Source: Candidatus Omnitrophota bacterium
GTDB lineage: Bacteria; Omnitrophota; Gorgyraeia; Gygaellales; Profunditerraquicolaceae
Direction of reading: 5' to 3'
DNA: 64,000 nucleotides
Assembly (NCBI GenBank): GCA_022710715.1
Contig: JAKLGJ010000004.1
Coordinates: forward strand, 320,166-384,165
Shown: one piece after another, positions 25,569 to 36,100 of the stretch
Layout: each line of letters opens with the position of its first letter
How positions within the stretch are numbered: position 1 is the stretch's first letter
The notes under the pieces: model-generated
The model's input: only the letters and a program-made list of their open reading frames with translations
Databases searched by the model: none
What the model was told of the DNA's origin: nothing
Translations under genes and position numbers: made by a program

Positions 25569-28500
25569 ATGTTTCGTAAAATCAACGCGCTGCTGATCAT
25601 TTTCTGTTTTATCTGCGAGCAAAGCGGATTTGCGCAGGTGTCGCCGCAGTCGCCGGTGCCTGCTTATTTAAGCTCGATCGCCTTGCCCCGGGACAGATTC
25701 CGCCCGCTGCATCTGCGCGGCGTAACGTTCGGCGGTGCGGATCGCGGGATGCAATTGCTTCTGGATAAAGGAGACCTGCCTTCGCCTGAAGTCGACCGGA
25801 TCAAAGAAGAGACCCGGATGTTGCTGCGCTATTTCAAGATCGGTCTGGCATTGCCCGATAGCATGTTCTGGGTGAACCTGCGTCCGGACGCGCAGGATCA
25901 GGTGATCGATCCGTATCTGGAAAAGACCGACCTGGGAAAAGTATTGCTGGAAGCCGATCTGCAACTGAAAAAAGACCTGGCGCGTTTTACCCATCCGGAT
26001 ACCCCGGAAGGCCGCAGGTACTGGGACAGATTATATCAGAAGGCCGAACAGATCTACGGGCCGCAGAATCTGACCATTCCTACCTTGACCCGCCCGTGGA
26101 TCGTGCCCGGAGAGATCGTGCTGGGCGAATCGGCTCACGGCGTCTGCATCTATAAGGCTACTTTGAAAGTGATGCTCGAGCAGGACTATCTCAACGATTC
26201 GCCGTTTTTCGCCGCACAGGACGCGCGGCAGAAAGAGCTGAACGCGTATTCTTCCGATCTTATCCGCAAGCTGATCCTGCCGAAATTGATCCGGGAAGTG
26301 AACAGTTCGAAACGGTACGCCGGCCTGCGTCAGGTATATTATTCGCTGATCCTGGCCCGGTGGTTCAAGCAGAAAGCGGCCGCCGGCGCGCCGGCGCTCC
26401 GTCCGGAATGGCAGCGGCTTATCGATTCTCGCGACCTGTCCGGTCTGACTTCCCCGGTTCCCTGGTCCAGAAAATCCTATTTCGACTCTTACCAGCAGTC
26501 CTTCCGCCAGGGAGAGTATAACAAACAGGAACAGTTCGGATTCGCCGGCGGCATGGCCAGCCGGCAGTATTTCTCCGGCGGCGTGCAGATGAACGCCGCG
26601 CTGGTTACGAACGCGGTGTCGACGCTGACTATTCCCGAAGGCTTGCCGGAATTCTTCGGTCGCATTGACGAGTTCATCCGTCTTGATCTGAACGCGGATG
26701 ACAGCATCACTACCGTGCCGCAGGAAAAAGAAGATGTGACCGGCCCGGACGGCGGATTGCCGTCTGCGGATCTTCTCAATCAAGCGCTTGATCAGGCTGA
26801 TGTGACCATATATTCCGGTCCGGCGTTGAGCCAAATGCCTGCCGGCCGGTTGGAATCACTCTGGCAGGGATATAAATCATTCATTCTGGCGCACACCCTG
26901 GCCTTGCGCATGCCGGTGCTCAAAGATTTCCGGCCGTTCCCGGATGTGGAGCGGTTCAATGAGCGTTTCGCCTACGCGCTCAAGGATTGGTTTGCCAGAG
27001 AGACCTCTTTAAGCGGCGTGCCGGTTTTCATCCTCTATGATCCGGTCAAAAAAGTGGCATACAGCCTGCCCGTCAATACCATGGGAACCTCCGCAAAAGA
27101 AATATTCCTTTATGACTTTCCGGATTTGCAGCAGGTAATGGACAACCTTCCGGCGGATGTCCGCCAGCGGTTGCAATTGCGTATCGGCTGGGGCACTAAC
27201 GGCGGGTTAAGAGGGTTTTTTATCCTGGAAAAAGACGATCAGGGTCGGCAACGCCTGGTGGAATTCAAAGGATATACCGTGAATGAAATCAAGAGCGCGG
27301 AGATCTATCGTTCCGGGGATCCTCTGTATTGTTTGAACGAGCAGGCCGGGATGAAAGAGGCCGCTGCTTTGAACGAGCTGGGAGCGGTCGACGCGGCTTT
27401 CACCCGCATCGATACCTATACGGTGCTCATGACCGGAGAAGAAATACAGGTTCCGCTGGGCCAGCTGCGCCGCGAAGGCCAGGTTACGGATTTTACTTCC
27501 CCGGTTACCAGGATGGGGCATATCGTTATCGATTCCCAGGCGCAACTGACCGCAGAGAAGCGAGCCGAACTGTTCGCCGCCGGAAAGAATATGGGCGGGC
27601 AACTGCGTTATCTGCATCAAAGGGCGCGTTTTAACGCCGGCTATAATCCGAACAATAAAATCTATGAATCTTACTGGCATGTGAATAATGTCGATTCCAG
27701 GGGCAATCTTATCGATGTCGTGCTGCGGTCATTCGAAGAGATGGCCGGCGGCAGGTATGACGATAAAAATCCGGAGCATATACAGTTGTTGTTCCAGTTC
27801 ATCCGCGGAGACCTGCGGCGATTCCTCATCGGCACGCGGTCAGGGGGTGACTTCCATGATTACGGATTGCTTAGCAGGATACAGAATAAGGAACATGTGC
27901 GGGCGTTCCTGGAAGGTTTTATAGAGGGATACCTGCCCGAAGGATCCCGGATAGAATTGGAAGAAAAAGACCTGGCGTTATTCCCGCAAAGCACTCTGGT
28001 CAGCCGCATACTTAAACCGGTTGCTCCCCAAAGGGCGCATGACCGCGAAATGAGGGAAGCACAGAGGGAGTATGATCTTGATTTCCGCCTGGCAATGGCT
28101 TTCTTTCTGGCGTTGCCGGCGTCAGCACAGCCGGATCAGCAGGGTAACACCGGCCCGGACGGCGGCAGGAGGCTGGAAAGTCTGAAAGATATGTTCCTGG
28201 ATGTCGCATCGACGGCGTTTCCCGATCTTGAGCCGGCGGCAGTCACCGGCGGAGTGGCTGCTGATCTGCGGCATATCACTGCCGAGCATTCGATTTCAAT
28301 CCCGGGATTTTCTTTCGCGACCAGCGCGATGAACGGATCGCGTCACGCAGCTTTTGAGCATGTCCGCTCTACCGGTTTCAGCGATCCCGAAATCGAAAAA
28401 GCCTGGGACAGCGCGACCACCGATCCTGCCGCGCATGATCCGGCGGCGTTCAGATATATCGTGCATGCGGTGCAATCTCCTAATTCACGGATGATGCGGG

Positions 28501-31500
28501 ATATGCTGACCCTGGAATTAGGGGTGACCGAAGATCCGAGCCGCAGCATTGATCTGACTCGTTTCCCGGATCGAATCGCGGAGAAAACGGTTATTTCAAC
28601 TTCATTCATCGATCAGGATCATCGAAAAACCTGGGCTGATTGCGGATTTATACTCAAGGTTCCGGGTCGCAATATCATTTCCACTTCACCGCAAGACGCC
28701 GGGTCGCTGTTTTGGGAAGGGATAAGCTGGGTGAAGCAGGCTTTGCGCTCGAGGATTTTGATGTCGCCTGAAGATCTTATTTCAGCAAGTGATGCATTCA
28801 CATATAACGAGGTAGTCCTTACCGGCACGCATCCGGATTTTCCGGATTCGCGGGTGGAAATAGTTGGCGTTTTCTTGAAACGGTTGGAAAACGGCGTGCT
28901 CGCGGTTCATGCCAATAATCAGGGAAGCGATCTCTGGAACTTCACCAGCGAGCGTTCGATTGCCAGTCGGCTGATGTACCAGGCCAGAGAGCATGGATGG
29001 CCGATTATCTATATCGATGAACCGATAGAGAAATATGAGGATAATGAGCCCCAATTCTGGGAATCAGTTACCGGAAATGGGACGTTTCACATTGCAGTTC
29101 ATTCGGGAGGCAAGAGGTATCTGGTCACGCGCGAAAAAGACGGAAAAGCCCGTGCATGGGTGTTTGAGCAGGGCGGAGATATTTCCAGGCGAATGAGCGC
29201 GCAGGATTTCGATCTGTGGCATTCCCTGGTATTGCCCTATGTGCAGGCGCATGGTCAGGAAATTCCGTCGGATCCGTTTTTTTCTACAAGAACAGCGGGA
29301 ACGACAGTGAACGAATTCTATGCCGCGGTCATCGGCGATGATGCGGTGAAATGTAAAAAGGAGCTTCTTGACGGCGGTAAGAAGTCGTTTACTACCATAA
29401 ATAACCTTGATCCGGTGGCCGAACAGATCAAGACTATGCCGGCCGGCGGAGTGGTTTATCTGGATGTGGATAATATTATCATCAGACATGACAGCAAGTT
29501 ATATCCCACCGATAAATTCCGCACTGTCCGTTACAACATGCTTAAGCGGGCCAATCCTGCGTTATCGATCGAAGAGGCGGCGAAAACAGTCATTCCGGAA
29601 GTCGCTTATCTGGAAATGATCGCTTTCCGGGCAGGGTTGATCAATGACGTCGAGCGGATCAGCCGGATTGTCGCTCTGGCCAAAGAGCGGAAGTTGCGGG
29701 TGGTAGTGGTAAGCAATCGCTCGCAGGATCTGGCTTCGGGAACCCGGGATATGATCGCGCAACTGGGCGTTTCCGGCATCGATGAATTTCACTTCGTGGG
29801 CAGGGGTAATGACACCAAAGCCGCGAAGATCAAGGAACTTATGGAAGCGGATAAAGTCAGCCATGCGGTTTTCGTGGACGACCTCAAAGGCAACGGCCAG
29901 GCGGTATTCGATCAGATATCGCAGCTGCCCGGGGTAGAGTCGATCAGCGTGTTCCATCTCCAGCAGCAGCGTGAAGAACGTTCTTATCAAGATTATCTGC
30001 GGTCCATAACCGTTATGCTTGCGCTAAAAGATCTGGTTGATCCCGGAGAATTCGAGCTGCTGATGGTCAGCGCCTTGCTGAAGATCAGCGAGGATCCGGC
30101 ATTGCGGGGATTGAACGAGTTGCTCGATCTGATCAGGAAAAACGGCCTGAACGCGCCGCATTTCCTGGGCCAGGGGCTGGTGGAAGAATATTTCAAAGAG
30201 TTGGGCGTGGATCTTGAGTCAGACGCTCTCGATATGGAAAAGATCCGTAAACAGGCGGAGCGGGAGGTCAAAGAAGAGGACGTGGAGGATTTCGCGCGGC
30301 TGCTGGGATTCGATGATGAAGTGATCGTGCAGGGTTTCAGCGATACGGAGCTGGCTCACTGGCACGACAAGGTGCGTCAACTGCGCCGCGCTGCTGCGGC
30401 TGCCGCAGCGAAAGCGGGTAACGCGGTATCCCTTCCCACGGACCTGACTGCGGCGGAAGTAGAGTTCTTCCTGGAGGATGCGGCGCAGCCGCCGGGGTCC
30501 GCCAGAGAGCGTACTCCCCGGAGCGTCCTGGCGCAGCGTTTCAGTAACCTGCTGGCATTCACCCTGTTGATGGCCGCCACGATCTTCTCGGGAGGATTGC
30601 TGCTGCAGCATGATGATCATCAGGATGACTTTATTACGCCGGATGACAGTCTCCCGGCCCTGACCATCAATAAGACCGCGGCTTTTAACAATCTTACCCA
30701 TTCTCCCATGGACTCGCGGTATTATGAGAATCTCAAAAACTACGGCACACCGCCCAAAGTCACCACCGAAGGCCGCAAGATATTTATCGGCGGCGTGGAA
30801 TACAAAGTACGGGCTGTCGCTTTTTCGAACGTACCGGAAGGACAGACGTTCGATGATCTCGTGCTGGATGCGGATCATTTGTCGGATCACGATCTGCAAT
30901 TGATGCAGGCGGCCGGGGTCAACACCATCAGTACCTATTATGCGCCTACCTTCGACTTCCTCGATGAGTGCATGAAATACAATATCCGGGTGATCGTGGG
31001 GATCCCGTATTACGATACGCGTATCCATCCGGGGCCGGATATCAAAACAGGCAGTTATATCGATTACATGGCGTTATACATGAACCATCCCGCGGTGCTC
31101 TGGGTCAAGCTGGGCAATGAATACAATTATCATCCTGAATGGTTCGAGGGCGACGTGGATAACTGGTATCGCGCGATGGATACCGCCGCGCTGACGCTCA
31201 AAGCCATCGATACCAACCACCCTGTTTCCACTGCCCAGGGATATGTCCCTGATATCGGCACTCTCGACAAGTTGAAAAATATCGATGTGATCGGGATCAA
31301 TGGCTATACCTTCGACGATTATTCCGGGATGATCGCCGATTTCAAGGCGAAATCGCCCAAGCCGTTCATATTTACCGAAGCCGGCACCGATTCCTATAAT
31401 ATGATCACCAACTCTCATGATGAAGCGTCTCAAGCCGTAGCCTTGAAACATATCTCGCGCAGCATCGATAATGATCCGGATTGCGCGGGCTGGACGGTAT

Positions 31501-33011
31501 TCGAATGGATCAACGAGCCGGTCAAAGGCTTCGGCGGATGGGGGAACGGGCCGATCCTGGGTCCGCTGGTGCGAAAATTCGGAGGCTCGGGGGTCTATCC
31601 CGACGATATGAGCAACGAGCGCTATTTCGGTTTGCTCACCGAAGACGGCGTTCCCAAGATGTCTTATTACGCGATAATGGAAGAATGGTCCGCAAGAGAA
31701 GTTCTTCCTATAGCTGCCGGCGAACCGGAGGGCGGCGGTCCGGACGGCGGCGCTTTTGCCCTTTCGACCATTGCTCACGCTTTGAAGAGCGATTTCTACT
31801 CGCTGTACGAAACCGCCGCAGGCGACGTGCCGGTGTATATCATGCGCGATCACGGCCTGGCGCTGGCCGGCTGGGAGCTGGCCCGTCTCAAAGGTCTGAT
31901 CTACGGCAAGAAGGAAAAACGCGCCGGAGAGAAGACCGTGCTGGTGCATTTCGATGAGCATCACGACATGTCCGACGGCCAGGCGTACGACCTTGAGCGG
32001 CCGGATCTGGCAATAATCAATCTTTACTATAACGTCAATCAGTTCATCGCGCCGGCAGTGGAGAGCGGGTTGGTCGATGAGATCTACTGGGTCGTTCCCG
32101 ATGATCAGGCGATCGATCCCGAAGACTCCATCCAGACCTATTATTCCGCCCGGTTGATCTTATCCGACGGCACCACGACGGCGTATCTGGCCCGGCAGCA
32201 ACCGACGCAGAGTTCCTATCCTGACCTGGAGCGAATCGAAAATATGCGGGAGGTCCGGGTGCAGAAGATTCATTCCCGCGCGCTGCCGGATTTGAAAGGT
32301 GCCGGTCCGGCTATCGTGGATATCGACGCGGATTACTTCGCTTTTGAACGCCGGGGCGGCGCGGAAAAAGATCCGGGCGTGATTCAGGCGCAGATCAAAG
32401 AAACGCTCGATGCGATAAAGGAAAAAGTGACGCCGGGAGTGATGACTCTGGCTATGTCTTCCGGCTATACTCCGGAAAATCATACGCAGTTGATCATGGA
32501 GAAGCTCGTTACCGGAATAACCGGTTCCGCAGATCCGCAGATCGAGCGGGCTGTGACATTGTTGAATCCCATGCTTGCGGCCTGGAAAATGCTGCACGTT
32601 CCTAACCGGCCGGATAAAGCCGCAGAAGCGCCGGCAGAGCCTGCGAGACCCGTGGATCAGGGGCAGGCCAGAGAGGGCGGCATAGATTTCCGCAGTTTGC
32701 CTTTGGCCGGCGGTCCGGCGTCGGCGGCAACGGATGTCGATCTTTTAGCGGCGCAATTGCGACAATTGGCCGCAGCTTCCAGCATCACCGATCTGGCGCA
32801 GGAATGGTCGCGCATCGAAGAACAGATCCGCACGCAGGAAGTTCCCTGGCAGCGGATCAAAGAATTCTGGGCGGTGTGCAGCCAGCGCGGGGACGGACAC
32901 CATTATAAATCCCGAGTGGTCAGTTGCATTGTCGGAATGATGCGCCTGGAGGAAGAATCGGCTGTTGCTACTCCAACGCAGCTGAAAGATCTGCTCGTTT
33001 GTATGGGATAA
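25569..33011 (+). CDS. giant secreted multidomain protein (paralog 1): shared N-module, HAD-like, clan GH-A TIM-barrel-like and UPF0489/arginase-fold-like regions, shared C-module
   Basis: Signal peptide 'MFRKINALLIIFCFICEQSGFAQV', with GGAG 5-9 nt upstream of the ATG. HAD-like motifs 'VVYLDVDNII' / 'VVVVSNRS' / 'FVDDLKG'. GH-A signatures 'KLGNEYNY' and 'IFTEAG'. 'LVHFDEHHDM' / 'IVDIDADYF' follow. The first ~380 aa and last ~100 aa are homologous to ORF 58067..61519. Confidence 0.7.
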   Translation: MFRKINALLIIFCFICEQSGFAQVSPQSPVPAYLSSIALPRDRFRPLHLRGVTFGGADRGMQLLLDKGDLPSPEVDRIKEETRMLLRYFKIGLALPDSMFWVNLRPDAQDQVIDPYLEKTDLGKVLLEADLQLKKDLARFTHPDTPEGRRYWDRLYQKAEQIYGPQNLTIPTLTRPWIVPGEIVLGESAHGVCIYKATLKVMLEQDYLNDSPFFAAQDARQKELNAYSSDLIRKLILPKLIREVNSSKRYAGLRQVYYSLILARWFKQKAAAGAPALRPEWQRLIDSRDLSGLTSPVPWSRKSYFDSYQQSFRQGEYNKQEQFGFAGGMASRQYFSGGVQMNAALVTNAVSTLTIPEGLPEFFGRIDEFIRLDLNADDSITTVPQEKEDVTGPDGGLPSADLLNQALDQADVTIYSGPALSQMPAGRLESLWQGYKSFILAHTLALRMPVLKDFRPFPDVERFNERFAYALKDWFARETSLSGVPVFILYDPVKKVAYSLPVNTMGTSAKEIFLYDFPDLQQVMDNLPADVRQRLQLRIGWGTNGGLRGFFILEKDDQGRQRLVEFKGYTVNEIKSAEIYRSGDPLYCLNEQAGMKEAAALNELGAVDAAFTRIDTYTVLMTGEEIQVPLGQLRREGQVTDFTSPVTRMGHIVIDSQAQLTAEKRAELFAAGKNMGGQLRYLHQRARFNAGYNPNNKIYESYWHVNNVDSRGNLIDVVLRSFEEMAGGRYDDKNPEHIQLLFQFIRGDLRRFLIGTRSGGDFHDYGLLSRIQNKEHVRAFLEGFIEGYLPEGSRIELEEKDLALFPQSTLVSRILKPVAPQRAHDREMREAQREYDLDFRLAMAFFLALPASAQPDQQGNTGPDGGRRLESLKDMFLDVASTAFPDLEPAAVTGGVAADLRHITAEHSISIPGFSFATSAMNGSRHAAFEHVRSTGFSDPEIEKAWDSATTDPAAHDPAAFRYIVHAVQSPNSRMMRDMLTLELGVTEDPSRSIDLTRFPDRIAEKTVISTSFIDQDHRKTWADCGFILKVPGRNIISTSPQDAGSLFWEGISWVKQALRSRILMSPEDLISASDAFTYNEVVLTGTHPDFPDSRVEIVGVFLKRLENGVLAVHANNQGSDLWNFTSERSIASRLMYQAREHGWPIIYIDEPIEKYEDNEPQFWESVTGNGTFHIAVHSGGKRYLVTREKDGKARAWVFEQGGDISRRMSAQDFDLWHSLVLPYVQAHGQEIPSDPFFSTRTAGTTVNEFYAAVIGDDAVKCKKELLDGGKKSFTTINNLDPVAEQIKTMPAGGVVYLDVDNIIIRHDSKLYPTDKFRTVRYNMLKRANPALSIEEAAKTVIPEVAYLEMIAFRAGLINDVERISRIVALAKERKLRVVVVSNRSQDLASGTRDMIAQLGVSGIDEFHFVGRGNDTKAAKIKELMEADKVSHAVFVDDLKGNGQAVFDQISQLPGVESISVFHLQQQREERSYQDYLRSITVMLALKDLVDPGEFELLMVSALLKISEDPALRGLNELLDLIRKNGLNAPHFLGQGLVEEYFKELGVDLESDALDMEKIRKQAEREVKEEDVEDFARLLGFDDEVIVQGFSDTELAHWHDKVRQLRRAAAAAAAKAGNAVSLPTDLTAAEVEFFLEDAAQPPGSARERTPRSVLAQRFSNLLAFTLLMAATIFSGGLLLQHDDHQDDFITPDDSLPALTINKTAAFNNLTHSPMDSRYYENLKNYGTPPKVTTEGRKIFIGGVEYKVRAVAFSNVPEGQTFDDLVLDADHLSDHDLQLMQAAGVNTISTYYAPTFDFLDECMKYNIRVIVGIPYYDTRIHPGPDIKTGSYIDYMALYMNHPAVLWVKLGNEYNYHPEWFEGDVDNWYRAMDTAALTLKAIDTNHPVSTAQGYVPDIGTLDKLKNIDVIGINGYTFDDYSGMIADFKAKSPKPFIFTEAGTDSYNMITNSHDEASQAVALKHISRSIDNDPDCAGWTVFEWINEPVKGFGGWGNGPILGPLVRKFGGSGVYPDDMSNERYFGLLTEDGVPKMSYYAIMEEWSAREVLPIAAGEPEGGGPDGGAFALSTIAHALKSDFYSLYETAAGDVPVYIMRDHGLALAGWELARLKGLIYGKKEKRAGEKTVLVHFDEHHDMSDGQAYDLERPDLAIINLYYNVNQFIAPAVESGLVDEIYWVVPDDQAIDPEDSIQTYYSARLILSDGTTTAYLARQQPTQSSYPDLERIENMREVRVQKIHSRALPDLKGAGPAIVDIDADYFAFERRGGAEKDPGVIQAQIKETLDAIKEKVTPGVMTLAMSSGYTPENHTQLIMEKLVTGITGSADPQIERAVTLLNPMLAAWKMLHVPNRPDKAAEAPAEPARPVDQGQAREGGIDFRSLPLAGGPASAATDVDLLAAQLRQLAAASSITDLAQEWSRIEEQIRTQEVPWQRIKEFWAVCSQRGDGHHYKSRVVSCIVGMMRLEEESAVATPTQLKDLLVCMG

Positions 33012-33029
33012 TTTCAGATTAAGGGGCGC

Positions 33030-33105
33030 CCGGAACTGGTTACCAACCAAACGACCAGCCGATACCCAATCGTATTTCCGGCGCCCCTTATTTTTTTTTC
33101 ATTCC
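33030..33105 (+). terminator. large-loop rho-independent terminator
   Basis: AAGGGGCGCC ... GGCGCCCCTT inverted repeat followed by a T10 run, directly after the giant ORF stop. Confidence 0.6.
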
Positions 33106-33115
33106 TGCCGATAAG

Positions 33116-33125
33116 CATGGTATAA
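33116..33125 (+). promoter_or_regulatory. putative extended -10 promoter element (TGgTATAAT)
   Basis: 'atggtataat' lies about 50 nt upstream of the 33172 start. Confidence 0.35.
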
Positions 33126-33171
33126 TACAAAAAATTGTGGATTTTCGGTCAACTACCCCGAGTTACGCTTT

Positions 33172-36100
33172 ATGTCCGGAATAAAAATAGATCGGAACAC
33201 ATTACTCATCGCTGCCCTCGGTCCAGCGCTCTGGTTGCTGGACGGGTTGTTGATGTCGGTACTGTTCAAAGAGAATCTTCTCCGGCAATTATTTCTTCCC
33301 AAAGGGCCGGATTTCATCGTCAACCTGCTTTTGTTCTTCCTGCCCGGAGCTCTGGCTGTGGTCTTCACCCGCGACAGCGGCGAAACCCCGCCCTCCCCGC
33401 CCAAACCCGCTTTTGACCTGACAAAAGGCAACGCCATACTTATCGACGGATCCGGCAAGATCATCGAAGCCAACGATAATATTTTGGCTCTGCTCGGCCA
33501 TACCCAGGAGCAGCTCGCCGGTTCGGAGATCACTCAAATCTGCGGCAAAACCGATCCGCAGAAAGTATTCGCGTTTATCGCGGAAGTCCTGGAGCATAAA
33601 GACGGCATACTCGATAATATCGCGGTGTTCGGCAAGAGCAAGGTCATGCGCGCGGATATCCGCGGCAGGCTGATCAAGAATTTCCGGCGGGATATACCCC
33701 AAGCCATTTTGTTGGAACTGGCGCCGCGCCTTCCGGCTGCCGCCGCGCAAGTTCCGGCCGCGCAAGCTCCGGCTGCCCAGGCAGGGTCTGTAACTCCGGC
33801 AGCGCAACCGCAGCCTGCAGTTTCGCCTCAACCGCAACATCCGTCGCTCAAAGACATCATTGCCGCCATTGTCCCTGCGCAGCCGCAGCAGGCGTCGTCA
33901 TCGCAGTCGCAATCGCCGCAGTCGCCGTCTCCGCAGCCGCCGCAACAGCAGGAATCTCCGGCGAAATTTGATCAGGAGCGCAGGAAGATCGAAGACGCGG
34001 TCCGGACACAGGAGCAGAAAAAAGCGCAGGAACAGATCCAGGCTCTGGAGCAGAAGCACGCCCGGGAAATGGTCGAGAGAATGACCCAGGAACGCAAACG
34101 CATGGAAGTGGCTTTCCAGGAACAGGCCCGCAAGCTGCTGGAAGAAGAGCGCAAGCGTCTGGAAGATTCCATCCGCAGGCAGGAACAGAACGCTGCCCAG
34201 GAAAAGATCCGGGCGCTGGAGAGCCGGCAGGCGCAGGAGTTAAGCGTCAGGCTGGCCAATGAGCGCAAACGTCTGGAACTGGCTTTGCGCGAAGAAGAGC
34301 AGCTCACCACCACGCGCATCGAAGATTCCCTGAAGAAAAAATTCGAGCAGCAGCTGCGCGCGCAACTGGATGAAGATCGTAAACATTGGGAAGCCACCAC
34401 GCGGCAACTGGAGAAGACTCTGGAACAGCAGATGGAACGCCAGGTCCGGTTGCGCGTTGAAGATGAACGCAAGCGCCTGGAACAATCCGTGCGCCACGAA
34501 GAGCAGAAAAAAGCCCAGGAACAGGTGCAGGCGGTGACCAAACATTTTTCCGAAGAACTGAACCAGAAGCTTACCGAAGAGCGCAAGCGGCTGGAGCCGA
34601 TCATTCGGGGAGAAGAGCAGAAGAAAGCCGAAGAGAGCCTGCGCACCCTGGAGAACCGGCACGTGCAGTCGCTGGGAGTCAAGATCGCCGAGGAACGCCG
34701 GCGCACCGAAGAAGCCGCGCGCAAGGAAGAGCTCAAGAAGCTGCAGGAAACCGAAGCTTTTCTCGCCAGGCAGCATGAGACGGAGACGCGGCAGCGCCTG
34801 GAAGAAGAACGCCTCCGGGTGGAAGCAGAGATCCGCGGCCAGGAACGCGCGCGGGCGGAAGAGCAGCTCGCATTGCTTAAAACCCGGCATGCCGAAGAAT
34901 TGGCTTTGCGCATCGAAGAAGAAAAGAGCCGGGTTGAAGCCCAGGTGCGCCAGCAGGAGCGCCAGGCCGCGCAGGAGCAAATCTTCGTTCTGAAAAATCA
35001 GCAGGCCCAGGAACTCTGGGTTAAGATCGCCGAGGAGCGCAAGCGTCTGGAAGATACGGTCCGGACCGAAGAACGCAAGCGCGCGCAAGACGTGGTCCGC
35101 CTGGAAGAGCAAAGCAAGGCCCAGGAGCAGATCCGGCTGCTGGAGAATAAATTCGCCGTTGAGCTGGGGCAGAAGATCGCGGAAGCCAGGAAGCAGATCG
35201 AAGAAGCTGTCCGGCAGGAAGAGATCAAGAAAGCCCAGGAGAATCTGCGTCAGATCAACACCGAGCATGCCGAAGAAACCTGGCGTAAATTGAACGAGGA
35301 ACGCGCGCGGGCTGAAGAAGCCACGCGCCGGCAGGAAGAGGAGAAGCATCTGCGTTTGCTGGAGGAGCTGAAAGCTACTTACGCCCGGGATCTTGCCGCT
35401 AAACTGGAGCAGGAACGCAAGCGCATCGAAGAAACCGTCCGCCAGGAAACCGAACACGCCCTGCAGGAGCGCGTGCGTAACCTTGAACAAACCCAGGCCC
35501 GGGAATTCACCGCGCAGATGGCTGAAGAACGCCGGCGCCTGGAACAGCTCATCCGCCAGGAAGAACAAAAGAAGCGGGAAACGCTGGAGGCAATGCTCAA
35601 GAAACAATACGTCGACGAATTGCAGCAGCAACTGGCAGAGGAGCGGCGTAAGGCGCAAGAGTCTCTCCGTCAGCAGGAGGGGCAGACATTTCGCCAGCAG
35701 CTGCAGGAAGTCGACCAGAAATACGCGCAGGATCTTAACGCGAAACTATCCCTGGAACGCCAGAAATTCGCAGATCAGCACGCGTTGCTGGAAGTGCAGA
35801 TCCGCCAGCAGGAGCAGCAGAAACTTCAGCAGCAGATCATCGACCTGGAGAATAAACACGCCGCGTATATGGCCGGCAGGATCGCCGAGGAGCGCAAACA
35901 GGTGGAAGCAGCGGTGCGTCAGGAAGAGCGCAAGAAAACCGAAGAAACGATACAGGCGTTAAAAGCGCTCTACGCCCAGGAGGCGAAAGCCGCCCAGGCG
36001 CAACAGACGCCGCAGCCCGCGCCTGTCGCCGCGCCGGCGATTATTTCCGCCGAGCAGCGCAAGCAGATAGAAGAAACTGTGCGCCAGGAAGAGCGCAAGA

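Noticed and set aside
33972-35658. Long minus-strand ORFs (313 aa and 472 aa, Ser/Arg/Cys- and Leu/Phe-rich) inside the coiled-coil repeat region
   Set aside because: They are antisense read-throughs of the periodic gag/aag/cag-rich repeat DNA. The repetitive, stop-poor sequence keeps reverse frames open. The plus-strand protein has clear PAS and HATPase motifs.
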